Origin: Candidatus Omnitrophota bacterium
GTDB lineage: Bacteria; Omnitrophota; Gorgyraeia; JABMRN01; RBG-13-46-9
Length of the DNA stretch: 16,598 nt
Reading direction: 5' to 3'
NCBI GenBank assembly: GCA_013203315.1
Contig: JABMQJ010000028.1
Location: 1-16,598, forward strand
The position numbers and the translations under genes were made by a program. The notes under the pieces were generated by a model. That model was given only the letters and a program-made list of their open reading frames with translations, was not told the DNA's origin and did no database searches. Position 1 is the first letter of the stretch, and every line of letters begins with the position of its first letter. Positions 16,518 to 16,598 of the stretch are shown in pieces.

Positions 16518-16598
16518 ATGTCTTGTAAAGTCAAAGAGTTAGAGCGATATTTTAAACCTCGTCATTGCGAGGAGCGCCGAAGGCGCGACGAAGCAATC

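Overview
This 16.6-kb window looks like a low-GC, probably anaerobic bacterium, with bacterial dnaX-recR and a four-subunit pyruvate:ferredoxin oxidoreductase operon. All confident genes are on the + strand except one.

Gene order: (1) a 5'-truncated proline-rich protein built from in-frame 36-nt and 51-nt tandem coding repeats, with a TonB/TolA-C-like ββαβ tail, followed by a clear rho-independent terminator. (2) A self-contained operon with its own sigma70-like promoter: radical-SAM/SPASM enzyme (anSME-like, no N-terminal RRE), RimK-like ATP-grasp ligase, a polytopic HExxH (S2P/M50-like) membrane metalloprotease with an N-terminal PqqD-like RRE domain, and an SPFH/band-7 scaffold protein. 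(3) dnaX. (4) recR, overlapping dnaX by ATGA. (5) A Gly/Ala-rich polytopic membrane protein. (6) porG-porD-porA-porB. (7) MscS-family channel. (8) SDR epimerase. (9) WrbA-like flavodoxin. (10) Ski2-like DExH helicase. (11) TauE/SafE exporter, the only minus-strand gene. (12) tRNA-Asn(GTT) with hairpins after it.

The most interesting part is the rSAM-SPASM / ATP-grasp / RRE-protease / SPFH operon. Its domain logic, a split RRE on the protease and an RRE-less rSAM (PqqD/PqqE-like), suggests an uncharacterised peptide- or protein-maturation system. I could not identify its substrate in the window. All family assignments are from motif reading only; no database search was possible.
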